This document shows positions 13,000-24,500 of a stretch of 64,000 nucleotides of DNA, one piece after another. The position numbers and the translations under genes were made by a program. The stretch is from contig JAUCBJ010007135.1 in assembly GCA_032718475.1 (NCBI GenBank), positions 1 through 64,000 of the forward strand, written 5' to 3'. This DNA comes from Nemertoderma westbladi (lineage: Eukaryota; Animalia; Xenacoelomorpha). The notes below the pieces were generated by a model that made no database searches, was not told the origin of the DNA, and saw nothing but the letters and a program-made list of their open reading frames with translations. Each line of letters starts with the position of its first letter. Positions within the stretch are counted from its first letter, which is position 1.

Positions 13000-14951
13000 T
13001 GCCTTCACAGAAGCAGTTAAATTAGCAGCTGCAGAAACAGTTCCTGTATACCCTCGAAACAGGAAAAGGGCCCCTTGGGCTGACAACAAAATTCAAAAGT
13101 GGCGAAATGACCTCTATAAGGCGCAGAAAAAGGCACAGAAAGAGTCACGACTCAAACAGACTACAGCGGCCAAGAATGCCGTTAAGGCTGCATCTAGGTC
13201 CCTGAACAGGCAGTACTCTGCTAATCTACAGGAGCTAATAAACCAACAGGTTGATGCCATCAATGATGCTGACGACAGCAGGCAATCATCCCAGGCATGG
13301 AGATCGATCAATCTGCTTACTGGGCGGAAAAGCCAACCAACCACCAAGGTTAAGGCTGAATCACCAGCCGATCGCCTCAATGGTTGGAAAGCCCACTTTG
13401 AAAAGCATGACAGGGTATAGAAAAATATAGAAAATAATGACAGGGTATTGCCTGATAACTTTATAGAATTTAAAGCTCATCTATCCCATCATAGTAGACA
13501 TGTACCGAACAACAAGAGTCCCACAAGAAATGAAAACAAATAAGTTGGTGCCAGTTCCCAAGAAGGGCAACCTAACACTCTATGGTTGTTTTCGGGGAAT
13601 CTCATTAATCTCGATGGCTGCAAAGCTATATAATAGAATTATAAATCGCATCAGGGATCCCATTGAGAGACTGCTCCGTGGAAATCAGAATGGGTTCCGT
13701 AAAGGTCGTGGGACAATGGAACCCATTTTGGCACTTAGAAGGATAATTGAAGAATTATCAAAAAAGAAAGACAGGCACCTGGCTGTTATATTTGTTGACT
13801 TCTTCAAGGCCTTTGATTCAGTCTCTCGCTCATGTATGTTCAGCATACTTTCATTATATGGGATTCCTGATGAAATTATTGCAGAAATCAGATCAGTATA
13901 CTATGGCTCGACAACATTTGTGTCTACTGTTGACGGTGACACAGAACCATTTGAAGTGTTATGGGGCATCCTCCAGAGAGACACACTTGCACCATTCTTG
14001 TTCATAATTATGGTTGACTATGTTCTACGCATGTCCTTAGATCATCATAATGATGATGGGGCGATGATAACTCCACCTACTGGCTCCAGAAGTCTAGGAA
14101 ATCCTGCCAAGTACCTAACTGATCTAGACTTTGCTGATGACTTAGGAGTACTCTCAGAATCACTAGAGGGAGCGCAACGGCTCCTCAGCTCAATAGAACA
14201 GGCTGCTTCTGGTGTTGGTCTTTTTATTAACTTCAAAAAAACCAAAATTTTGACAGTTTACTTTGAAAGTCATCAGCAAGTCTCTGACTGGATGAGCATA
14301 AGCTCAAAGCAAGGTATGCTTGAGCATGTGGAAGACTTCTGTTACCTGGGATCATGGATCCGGAAGTCAGGTGAGGACCTTTCAATATGTAAGGGAAAGG
14401 CATGGGCAGCCTTGAATAGGCATTCTAGGATTTGGAAGTCACAGAGAATTAATCGGAAACTTAAGGTCCGATTATTTAGAGCAGCAGTAGTTCCAGTACT
14501 CCTTTATGGGAATCCATGCTGGGCTCTAACTGCTGAGGACACCAAATCTCTGGATGACAAATTCACAAGAATGCTACGCCTGGTTCATTGTGTCAATTAC
14601 AATGCACCCATCCCCAACCAGACACTATATAACATTGGAGGTGTCTCATTGGTTCCCCCAAGATGACACTAGAACAAAGTCGTCTCCGCTTTGCAGGACA
14701 TTGCTTTCACCGTGAGGACCAGCCAGTGCATAATCTTGTGCTTTGGCAGCCTCATGGAGTGAATAACCATGGTGGACAGCCCATGACATTCTTGAGACGC
14801 ATCTTAAAGGACACGGGCCTTGAAGATGCGGATGATCTAGCAAATGTCATGGGTGATATAGAGTTGTGGCGGTGCAATTTTGTCGAAAAGTCGGCACAAC
14901 ATTCTTAAAAATGCAACTGCAATGCAGCATGCCGATCCTAGTATTAGTAGT
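13000..14951 (+). mobile_element. RTE-like LINE, 5'-truncated, RT domain and 3' end
   Basis: PKKGNL, FRGISL, QNGFRKGR, FVDFFKAFDSV, GILQRDTLAPFLF, LDFADD. Frameshift near 14663. tagtattagtag tail. Confidence 0.9.
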
Positions 14952-15142
14952 GTGTGTGTGTATTGTTAAAACAAATTTTTTGGTGTACCATTATTATACT
15001 AGGCTTTGGTGACTTTAATCAAAATAATAATACCGGGCGCTAGCTACTGAATAAGCTAGTTGCTCTCTGTAGGCGCAATACTTACAATCTGACGTCAAAA
15101 GGGCTCTCTCCTCCTATATTCACAACTCGATCGGGCAATTAC

Positions 15143-15316
15143 TGTATCGTGAGATATGAAAAGTAGGTGCACGTTAAGGGTTGCAACTATATTCCTTTAT
15201 GTTTCAACCTAAAATAATTCATATAACAATCATAATTCGTATCCCATTGTGTTGAAATGTAAAGGAATATAGTTGCAACCCTTAACGTGCACCTACTTTT
15301 CATATCTCACGATACA
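15143..15316. repeat. Long inverted repeat (57-bp perfect arms)
   Basis: tgtatcgtgagatatgaaaagtaggtgcacgttaagggttgcaactatattccttta and its exact reverse complement. Confidence 0.95.
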
Positions 15317-16717
15317 TTTCAACACAATAACGGGCATAACTATCCAAATTGATACCGACATTCAGGCATATCCTAACCCAGTCAAGTATACAGTATAAAC
15401 AATAATATAAATATATGTATAAATCTTATCAATGTTGTACAAATTATATTCAATAAAATGAACGTCCAAGTATATCCTATATGAGGTACACATCTCATAA
15501 ACATTGTCCATTTACAGAGAGCACCATAATTAAACAATTAATCAATGACCTGAATGCCAGATGTTTAACTTAATTAATTGCAGTCAGTTACCCCATGCCC
15601 CTCTCAGGCATAGAGTGCAGTATTACAAGCCAATGTAATATGATTGGTAATCAATTTATCGTTTCACGATACAATTACGGTGTTAGTAACAAGCCCGCAA
15701 TTGGCACTGATACCAGACTGAAAATAGATAATAGGGTGTTAATTTACTACTGTACATATAGCTGATCTGGTATGTAATTTAATTCTAGAAACCTTTGTTG
15801 CTGTGGTGGTATACAGCAAATACCTATCAGTATGTGGCAAAGGCATGGTAGGATGTTAGTAACCTCCATTTAGCCTAAATGCTTGCCGGTAGCGGAAAGC
15901 TGCCTCTTGCCTGAGCAAATAAGTTGGACTCAGACAGATCGGTCAAACTGCAAGGCCTATAGTGCTAACCGGTACTGTAACGCTAGTACTGCAAAGTCAC
16001 CAAAATATAGAGCGTGCTATTTGCACCTAGTGTACTCGTACGTACTAGCAAACAGCATCGGGTCACACCTGTAAGAGGTACAGAATAACCGAGGGGTTGC
16101 TGTCTGAATCTGAGGTATTTTGATCTTAAACTTTGCGGCATCCCAGGACATTGTCACACCTCCCCCTGATCTAAGGTCTTACGGCGGGCAAGGGCATCGG
16201 ATAAAGTCTTACCTTCTTTGTCCTTCCGCGCTTTCTAACTTTCGAGATATGTTTCAAATGGGCATGGGCGGAATAGTGCAGGTTCCCTTATGCGATGTGG
16301 GCAATCCTCCCCCTTGCATTTCTGTGGCCTAAAGATTTAGGCAGCCATCTTCAAACGTCGGCTGTTCAAGATAGATATGCTAAAAGCTACATGTTCGAGT
16401 TTGCAGAATATTTTAACGTAATCGAACGAAATTTACAGAGTTTTACAAAATACTAAACTTAAAGGATAACTAAATGAATTAGTTCAAGCAGTAAAGTATA
16501 CTGATAAGTAAGATAAGTTGAACTAGTTGAATAGTAATAACCGAAGGGCAAACGGCACCTTATATAGTAAATTTGTACCACATTCCATGAGCTCACATTG
16601 GCCCAATAAATTATTATACACCTATGATTGGCCCAACTAATCAGTTCATTTGTTGTACGCACGCCATTGGCTTATGTAACTTAATGAAATGGAAATAAAG
16701 AAGCACAAAATATAAAT

Positions 16718-16790
16718 CTACCTACTGAGATTCGAACTCTCAAACTATCGCATGTACAACCTGCATGCTAACCTACCAGGCCACTGGACC
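16718..16790 (-). other. tRNA-like head (probable SINE remnant)
   Basis: Minus strand has A-box-like tggcctggtagg and B-box-like gagttcgaatctc at tRNA-like spacing. No clean cloverleaf. Confidence 0.4.
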
Positions 16791-16927
16791 AAGTGATAAA
16801 CAAGTGCCAAAATGTACTAGATATAGCAAAAAATATACAAATTTATAACGAAACTGTGAAAGCAAGGCAAATACGTCGAATTTTAAAAGTTTTTTTTACG
16901 TAAGACTAATGTACAAATAGTTATCTA

Positions 16928-18534
16928 TGTTCGCGGTATTTCAACTTTCCATAACGCGAGTTGAATATTTTTGTATTTATTTAAAATTGATTATTCCGAT
17001 ATTACTACTGGGTGCGGGACCATGGGTTTTGGGCACATTCAATAAACTGGGGGCGATTTATGGGCGAACTTTGGGGCAACTTACAGGGTACGGGAATAAT
17101 TTCAAAGTTATAAGGGCCAGGGGGGATGGAAAATGCAAGCAGTATTCAGGTTAGCCTGAGTACTATTAGGCCCTGGCCAACTTCCTGCTGCCTGTAGGGG
17201 TGGATTTGGTAATGCGCCAGGCCTAAAGGACAAGGACTGCCCTTAGCGGTCCCTGGCCAACGGCAGCTACTACGAGACTGAAAAGAACTCAGAACGCTGA
17301 CTGCTTGTGTCAGGGATTTGCGACGGGCACCGACGGCCCCTTAGTAGCCAAGCCGTTCTGGTTCTCGATGATCGAACCCCGGGGTTCGTGAGGGGTGGAG
17401 CGGACACGCGAACAGGTGGCCAACTAACGACTGCCCCCTGACCTAAGCCGTACTGGTTCTCGATGACCGATCCCTTCGGGGTTCGTGAGGGGTGGGACGG
17501 ACATGCGAAATGGCTGGCCACAGGACTGGTTTGACAAGGACTGCCCTTAGCGGTCTCGGGTCAACGGCAGCTACTACGAGCCTGAAAAGAACTTGGAACG
17601 CTGACTGCTTGACTGGGATTTGCGACGGGAACCGACGACAGAACCCTTGGCCAAGCCGTTCTGGTTCTCGATGATCGTTCCCTTCGGGGTTCGTGAGGGG
17701 TGGAACGGACACGCGATGGGGTCGAAAGACAAAGGACTAGACTCGACTAGACTCTACTGGCCTACCGACTGTTCGGAGCAGTTTCTCGGCTGCCGAAGCG
17801 ACTACGAGCCTGAAACGGACTCGGAAAGCCTAGGTGGTTGGGTTTCTGTGATGAACTGACGGACCCCTAGCCAAGCCGTTCTGGTTCTCGATGATCGAAC
17901 CCTTCGGGGTTCGTGAGGGGTGGAACGGACACGCGAACGGGTCCACCGACACGACAGACTCCTAGCCAAGCCGTACTGGTTCTCGATGACCGAACCCTTC
18001 GGGGTTCGAGAGGGGTGGTACGGATACGCGACAGAGTCTACCGACTGGACCGACCCTTAGCCAAGCCGTGCTGGTTCTCGATGATCGTTCCCTTCGCGGT
18101 TCGTGAGGGGTGGAACGGACACGCGACAGGGTCGACCGACACCGACACTACGGTACTAGGACTAGGACCGAGGGAAAATCTGGGGAACATTAGGTAGGCT
18201 AAAATTCTGAGCGAACAGCGGGTTATTAAATAATATACCGTAGGGATTTATATTATCGTGTATACTTATTGTGAATATTTGGTGTATATTGATTTGGGGA
18301 AGCCCAAAATTATTCTTAAACAAGTTTCAATATTGTTGAACAAGGTTCAACAGAGTTCAGTTACATTAAAGAGTATATCCAACTAATGCAGCTTTTCTCA
18401 ACCGCAAACTTGCATCTTAGAAAATATTCCCTCCCCACAATCAATATCCGGTGACTGGCCGGGGCTCGGTGGTCTGTTAAGTCACGTCTCCAGCATCGGC
18501 GTTTTTCCCCCCTGGTGTAGGAATAACGGCAACA
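16928..18534 (+). repeat. BEL-1 5' LTR (1607 bp)
   Basis: tgttcgcggt...aacggcaaca; matches 29470-30513. Confidence 0.95.
17335..18134 (+). ncRNA. Array of six structured RNA hairpin units (K-turn + UUCG) in the LTR
   Basis: Cores start at 17348, 17443, 17651, 17871, 17966 and 18061. Adjacent units are 95 nt apart. Covarying stems. Confidence 0.7.
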
Positions 18535-18744
18535 AAATTAAGAATAATTATCGTGGTCAACTTCAACTGGTGGAAGTTGAGAATCCTTCAATACTTCAAA
18601 AACTCTCTACGTGCTTGCCAGCACCCACTACGAGGAAACTCTGGTATTTGAGTTGAGACAAAGTCGTGGTTTAATTAATCAGCAAACTCGATCTAACCAA
18701 CTCATAGTCGGCAGATCACATATTTGGAGAGTTGTTAACAGGGA

Positions 18745-18936
18745 ATGGAAGTATCGATCACACCCATTGATATAATTCAAGTTGAGCCAGGAATCTGGCA
18801 CGTCGAAGTTGAGGTACAAGGAACGAACGTCGGACGATTCAGGATTACTGTTCGGGTGGTTCAAGCTGAGTACAATACCTACGATGAACTGTTTTACGAC
18901 ATCGCGTATCTCGCCATCGACGAGGCGTTACAATGA
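18745..18936 (+). CDS. Small upstream ORF (63 aa) overlapping the gag start (ATGA)
   Basis: ATG-initiated. Its TGA overlaps the gag ATG at 18933-18936. No recognised homology. Confidence 0.4.
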   Translation: MEVSITPIDIIQVEPGIWHVEVEVQGTNVGRFRITVRVVQAEYNTYDELFYDIAYLAIDEALQ

Positions 18937-21554
18937 CAACAAATAACGTATCCGATACCGACGAGATGGATCACCACACAGACTCGGAAGCCGACGAGGT
19001 ACCAAACGTCAAAAACATGACCCGTCGGTTAGGGGCTCTTAAAGGCGGAGTAACCCGAGCGTATCAACGGATGGAGAAACAACTCAAGGGAGTCAAAACC
19101 CCCCTCAATGAGGTACAAACTCAGCTTCAAAGTATCCGAAATATCCTACAGCGGTACGAAAGAATGATACAGGCGTACCAAGAGCTTGTTCCCCCCACCG
19201 ATCTGGAAAACTACCCCAAGCTGGAAGAACACGTTGTACATCTAGATGGGTTCCGCAAACAACACCGGAGGACCCTCAGCCTTGTGAGAGGCTATGAGGA
19301 ACAGTATTACAAGAGGGCTGAAAGAACAGACGCGGAATCAGTACGATCCTCCAGCATCAGGACAGGAGTACATCGCAAAAGAATGAGGTCCACCAGAAAT
19401 CAGCACTCCAGCGCTAGGAGCGAGATATCCGGCTCAGCGCGCAGTTCTCAAGGGGCGCCGCCACTCCGAGACCAACTGCGAGAGCGGAAGGCATTAGCCC
19501 TCAAAGCTCGGATGGAAGATGAGTATATTCAACTGCAAGCCGAGCAAGATGTATTAGCTGCAGAAACACAAAGGCGTGAGGCCGAACAAGCGGCCGAACG
19601 GCAGGCCGAACAACGTGAACAGGAAGCCGAACAACGCAGGCGAGAGGACGAACAACGCAAACGAGAGGACGAACGACAGGCCGAACAACGCAAACACGAG
19701 GACGAACGACAGGCCGAACAGCGCAAACACGAGGCCGAACAACGCAAACAGGAGGCCGAACAACGCGGACGAGAGGCCGAACGGGAGATCGAACAACGTA
19801 AATGGGAAGCAGAAATGCGTAAACAACACGCCGAGGCCCAAGCAATTCTCATCCACAAAAAGAACGCGGATATTGCAAAACTCGCGGAATACGAAGCCGC
19901 ACTTATAGAACGAGATATTCAACTCTACGAGGACTGGGAGAGGGATATAGATCAGGAATATGAACCAATCCCGGTACCGGAATTAGAAAAGTCATTTATA
20001 CCGACAGCGGCGAAACTTCCGAAACCCGAAATCCCGCCTACCAAACAGTCTACGCTATCGGCACAAGCACCGGTGTTCCATCCACCACCAGCGACGCTAA
20101 AGAACGAGGAACCTTATTTCCCATCCAACACCACGACAGCGAGTGTACCCAAGTACGAGCCTGAAAAGGACTCGGAACGGGACGCCACTCCCCGATCAAA
20201 CAACCCATTTACATCAACACCACAAACTCGTAGCTGCGTCATTATTAAAACTCCACCTATCATTGATCCATCAAGTATGGGAGTGAGTGCCAATAACTAT
20301 AACCCTCTGAGTCACTCCAGTTCAGACGACGTCAGCATCATCCGGGCGTTGGAGAACCGCCTTGCTATGCCTAAGATGGAGATTCGCACCTTCGAAGGAG
20401 ATCCCGTCGATTACCTCAGATTCAAGAAACGGTTCTTCGCGCAGATCGGATCAACGGACATAGCCGACGCACAGAAATTGGTATATTTATCGCAATACCT
20501 GGGTGACAAACCACGCAGAATTATTGCATGTTTTGAAGGAGGTTCTCATGAGGCATACTATGACGCATGGAAGACTCTAGATAAAAGATACGGAAACACC
20601 GGAACTATAATTAATAAAACTCTAGAGAGACTGATACAGGACGCGGGATCACTAGGGGACCCACAGAACATACAGGAATTCTCCGACTCTATGAAGGATG
20701 CCTACTACACTCTGAAACCCTTAAATAAGGAGGATCAGGTAAACAACATTCTAAACCTCCGACAGATCGCCCGGAAGTTCCCCGGATGGCTACAAAGTAA
20801 GTGGGCTTATAAATGTGTAGATCTCCGGCGCAGACATCCAGATCAAGATCCTAGCTTCCTTGAAATGTCGGCATTCCTGGACGATATCTCCGAAGCCATG
20901 AATGACTCGATGTTTTCAAAACAAAGTCTCGCAAAGTTGGACGGAATGGAGAGCAATTCCAGGAATAAGATAACCCCTCCGAAACCGAGATTCCGCCCCC
21001 CACCGGTAAGTACGATGGCCATCACCATGGCTGAGGATTCCGACGACGAAGACTACGAGGAACCGACATCCGCCGAGGAATGGGCATGTTATCTCGCGAA
21101 TTGGGCCCCCGAAAGGGAAGGCGTCACAAATTCCCTACTCTGTCTCTTCTGTGGGGAGAAACATAAAGTGGAATTCTGCAGGAAGTTTCAGTTCGCCGAA
21201 CTCGTCCCACGTTTCGAGGCGATAATGAAACACCGAGGATGTTTCCGGTGTCTTGGAACAGGTCACTACGTTCGGGATTGCGACCAAAGGTCGTGCTGTG
21301 CTGTCTGTAACGACCAACGCCATCACACGCTCCTCCACATCCCCGCGAACTTCGACTTTACTACCCTCCCCTTTCGGATCGAAGCCAGGCGAAGAGGAGA
21401 AACAAACCACGTCTTCAAAGGAACCCGGACAACCCAACGGAGAGAAACCAACCCGTTTAAAATCTCCACCGCTACACCACAAGTAACAAATATTTCGGCC
21501 ACGATTAATCTTATAAATCGCCGCTACATGGTTTTCTCCAGATGGAAGGAGTGA
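18933..21554 (+). CDS. gag: BEL/Pao Gag
   Basis: Coiled-coil EAEQRK repeats, FEGDPVDY...KLVYLSQYL...AWKTLDKRYG capsid-like region, three Cys/His knuckles (CLFCGEKH, CFRCLGTGH, CAVCNDQRHHTLLH). Confidence 0.92.
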   Translation: MTTNNVSDTDEMDHHTDSEADEVPNVKNMTRRLGALKGGVTRAYQRMEKQLKGVKTPLNEVQTQLQSIRNILQRYERMIQAYQELVPPTDLENYPKLEEHVVHLDGFRKQHRRTLSLVRGYEEQYYKRAERTDAESVRSSSIRTGVHRKRMRSTRNQHSSARSEISGSARSSQGAPPLRDQLRERKALALKARMEDEYIQLQAEQDVLAAETQRREAEQAAERQAEQREQEAEQRRREDEQRKREDERQAEQRKHEDERQAEQRKHEAEQRKQEAEQRGREAEREIEQRKWEAEMRKQHAEAQAILIHKKNADIAKLAEYEAALIERDIQLYEDWERDIDQEYEPIPVPELEKSFIPTAAKLPKPEIPPTKQSTLSAQAPVFHPPPATLKNEEPYFPSNTTTASVPKYEPEKDSERDATPRSNNPFTSTPQTRSCVIIKTPPIIDPSSMGVSANNYNPLSHSSSDDVSIIRALENRLAMPKMEIRTFEGDPVDYLRFKKRFFAQIGSTDIADAQKLVYLSQYLGDKPRRIIACFEGGSHEAYYDAWKTLDKRYGNTGTIINKTLERLIQDAGSLGDPQNIQEFSDSMKDAYYTLKPLNKEDQVNNILNLRQIARKFPGWLQSKWAYKCVDLRRRHPDQDPSFLEMSAFLDDISEAMNDSMFSKQSLAKLDGMESNSRNKITPPKPRFRPPPVSTMAITMAEDSDDEDYEEPTSAEEWACYLANWAPEREGVTNSLLCLFCGEKHKVEFCRKFQFAELVPRFEAIMKHRGCFRCLGTGHYVRDCDQRSCCAVCNDQRHHTLLHIPANFDFTTLPFRIEARRRGETNHVFKGTRTTQRRETNPFKISTATPQVTNISATINLINRRYMVFSRWKE

Positions 21555-24500
21555 TGAAGGGCTACGAAACGGCTAAGTTAACCATAAAGAACGCCTTGGT
21601 ACACACAGACCTCCGGGTGCGGTTCCGACAATCAGCCGAGTACGCCCCCCTCATACAATTGGCCCTGGACGATGTAGACCTGAGGTGTCCGCAGTTGGAC
21701 GTAAACCGTATCACCCTACTGATCGGACTTGATACACCGGAACTACACATCCCCACCGGAGATATCGCCCGATCTATAAACCAGGATGACGGATTTTATG
21801 CTGAACGAACAATAATGGGATGGACACTCTGCGGCATTAAGGAGGAAACCACGGACACCTATACCTACCTTCCCAAATGTCAGATTAAAGAGAATGTAAC
21901 CTCCGTGGGTTACTGCTCAGCTTCGGATCTCGACGAGGATTTGTTTCTGGAAACCGAGAAAACCCAACGAGAGATGACGAAATATTTTAATTTGGAGACC
22001 CAGGAGTTCGCGGAAAAGAACGAAAATCCATCCGAAGAGGACCAATATTGTATGGACGTTCTCGACCAGGCCACGTTTAAAGACGGACACTGGAGTTCAC
22101 CTATGTTATGGAAGGACCCAAACAAACCAATGGCAAACAACGCCAGCATGGCACTTAGGCGACTTAAAGGGATTCTACGCCGGTTGAATGACCAACCCGA
22201 GATAAAGGAGAAATATAATACCGTAATCCAAGGATATCTCAATGATGGATTGGCAGAAATAGTACCACGGAACGAACTGCAAGGTGGTGAAAGAACATAT
22301 TATCTCCCAACCCACTATGTAGTAGAAGCCCGCAAAGGTGGGAAAATCCGAGTGGTAAATGATGCTGCCGCTATGTACCAGGGCGAATCCCTAAACAGTC
22401 AACTTTACACGGGACCCAACATATATAGCACACTCATTGGCGTATTGATCAGGTTCAGGGAAAACCGGGTAGCATTCACCTGTGACATCAAGGCCATGTT
22501 TCATCAAGTTCGTACGTTACCAAGAGACTCGGACTGTCTACGTATCCTATGGACGGATAAAACGCTCACTCAACAGGAGATTAGCCAACTCACGATCAAG
22601 GACGTAGACGTAATGCGTATGGTCGTCAGGATCTTCGGCGCTAAGGACTCGCCGGTAGCATGCAGTGACATGCTAAAGAGGACAGCAACTATGTGCGAAA
22701 ACGAGTTCCCCCCAACCGTCATAGAAACCATTCGACTATGCTTCTACGTGGACGACGGATGCGCCGGCGCGGATAATGTGGATGAGGCATATCGGCTAGC
22801 GATGGGGATGGTAGAATGTCTGAAGAAAGGAGGGTTTCCGCTCGTGAAGTTCAGATCCCACGACAAAACACTTATGGAAAAGTTTCCGGAGGACATCCGG
22901 CTGGAAAATAACAAGATGTATTCGGAGGATGTGGAACATCGTGTACTCGGGATCGAATGGGACATAGAATCCGATGAATTCATCTTCAAATATAAACCCC
23001 TACCCAAGCCTATGACAAAAAGGGGATGTTTGTCGATAAAAAGTGCCATCTTCGACCCACTAAATTTCATATCTCCAGTAACCTTGGCCGGAATGAACCT
23101 GATTAAGGAAATGTGGATAGAAGGACTGGGATGGGACGAAGAGCTTCCCCCATACCTTAGCGTCAAATGGAGAAAATGGACGGAGCAGCTCGAACACCTA
23201 CATCTTATGCGAATACCTAGACCGTTCTTCCTCGATAAACTGCCCACCGATATCTTCCAGCTCCACACCTTTTCGGATGCTTCAAATACCGGAATCGGCG
23301 TAGTAACCTTCCTACGGAGACTAAGTAGCGATGGAAACGGCGATACAAGCTTCTTATTCTCCAAAGCAAAGACAGTATCCGGGGAATTCGTAGCAACGAT
23401 TCCGAGACTCGAGCTACAAGCTGCAGTTTGGGCAGTAAGACAGAATCGCATGGCTATGCGGAACCTACGGATCCCCATAGAATCTCAACACTTCTGGGTA
23501 GATTCGAGTATAGTTCTCTATTATCTCCACTCTCCATCACGGCGTCACACCACGTTTGTTGCAAATCGAGCCACAGAGATTAAACAGTGTACAGGCCGAG
23601 AACAGTGGCATCACGTGAACGGGAAGGGAAACCCAGCGGACTTATCAAGCCGAGGCGCCACCCCAAAACAACTCGGTAAAAGTAAACTCTGGCTTACCGG
23701 CCCGGAATTCCTACGGCAACCACAGTTAACATGGAGTACCCGATTCGACCCCGAACTCGATAGCGGAAAATACTCCGAGGACGATAAAGAGATTCGTAAA
23801 ATCCATCGAAGCAACGCGGTGGAAATTTATAGTTGCCTGACTGAGCCTGCAAAGGACTCGGGCAGGCACTATAACGTCGCGACGATCACTCAACTAGCGA
23901 CGTCTTTACATCGGTTGATCGAGCGAACTTCATCCATGAGACGGCTCGTCCACCACGTTATAACCCTTCGCAACTTCCTACGGTGGAAAAACAACAAACC
24001 GATAGTTCAACGGAATATACAAGAACTCATTATCGCGGAGAAGTGTATTGTTAGATATGTCCAGAAAGAAAGTTTCCCCGATGAATGGGAACAACTTAGT
24101 GCGGGCAAAACGTTGAAACCGGACAGCCCAGTCTACCAACTAAGACCAATGATGGGAGAGGACGGACTGATCCGACTGAATACCCGGATGGCAAACGCCC
24201 CGGTCGAATATGAGGTTAAATACCCGGCGCTTCTGCCCGGAACGTCGACACTAGCTAAGCTATTAATTCTACAATGTCACGAGGACAACCACCACGCAGG
24301 ACAGAATTGGATTATAGCTAATAAAAGACAAAGATATTGGATCACCCACATCCAGCCACTGATCCGGAAAGTGTTGAAACGTTGCTTCACCTGCAGACGT
24401 TACCTAGCGCCACCAATCACCCAAAAGATGGCCGACTTACCAGCCACCCGTCTACAAGCGGATTCCCAGCCATTCTACGTCACCGGGGTGGACTGTTTCG

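Noticed and set aside
17348-17412. SECIS element or hammerhead ribozyme
   Set aside because: The AUGA/GA core is present but the upper helix is only ~7 bp with UUCG and no apical AA. There is no CUGANGA plus GAAA hammerhead core.
17335-18134. CRISPR array (repeat plus ~29-nt variable spacers)
   Set aside because: Eukaryotic LTR context, no cas genes, repeats too long. The spacers resemble each other and pair across the core as stem arms.
18535-18580. Primer-binding site of BEL-1
   Set aside because: No TGG-initiated tRNA complement directly after the LTR could be assigned with confidence.
19501-19922. Repetitive ORFs overlapping BEL-1 gag
   Set aside because: Alternative-frame shadows of the EAEQRK repeat.
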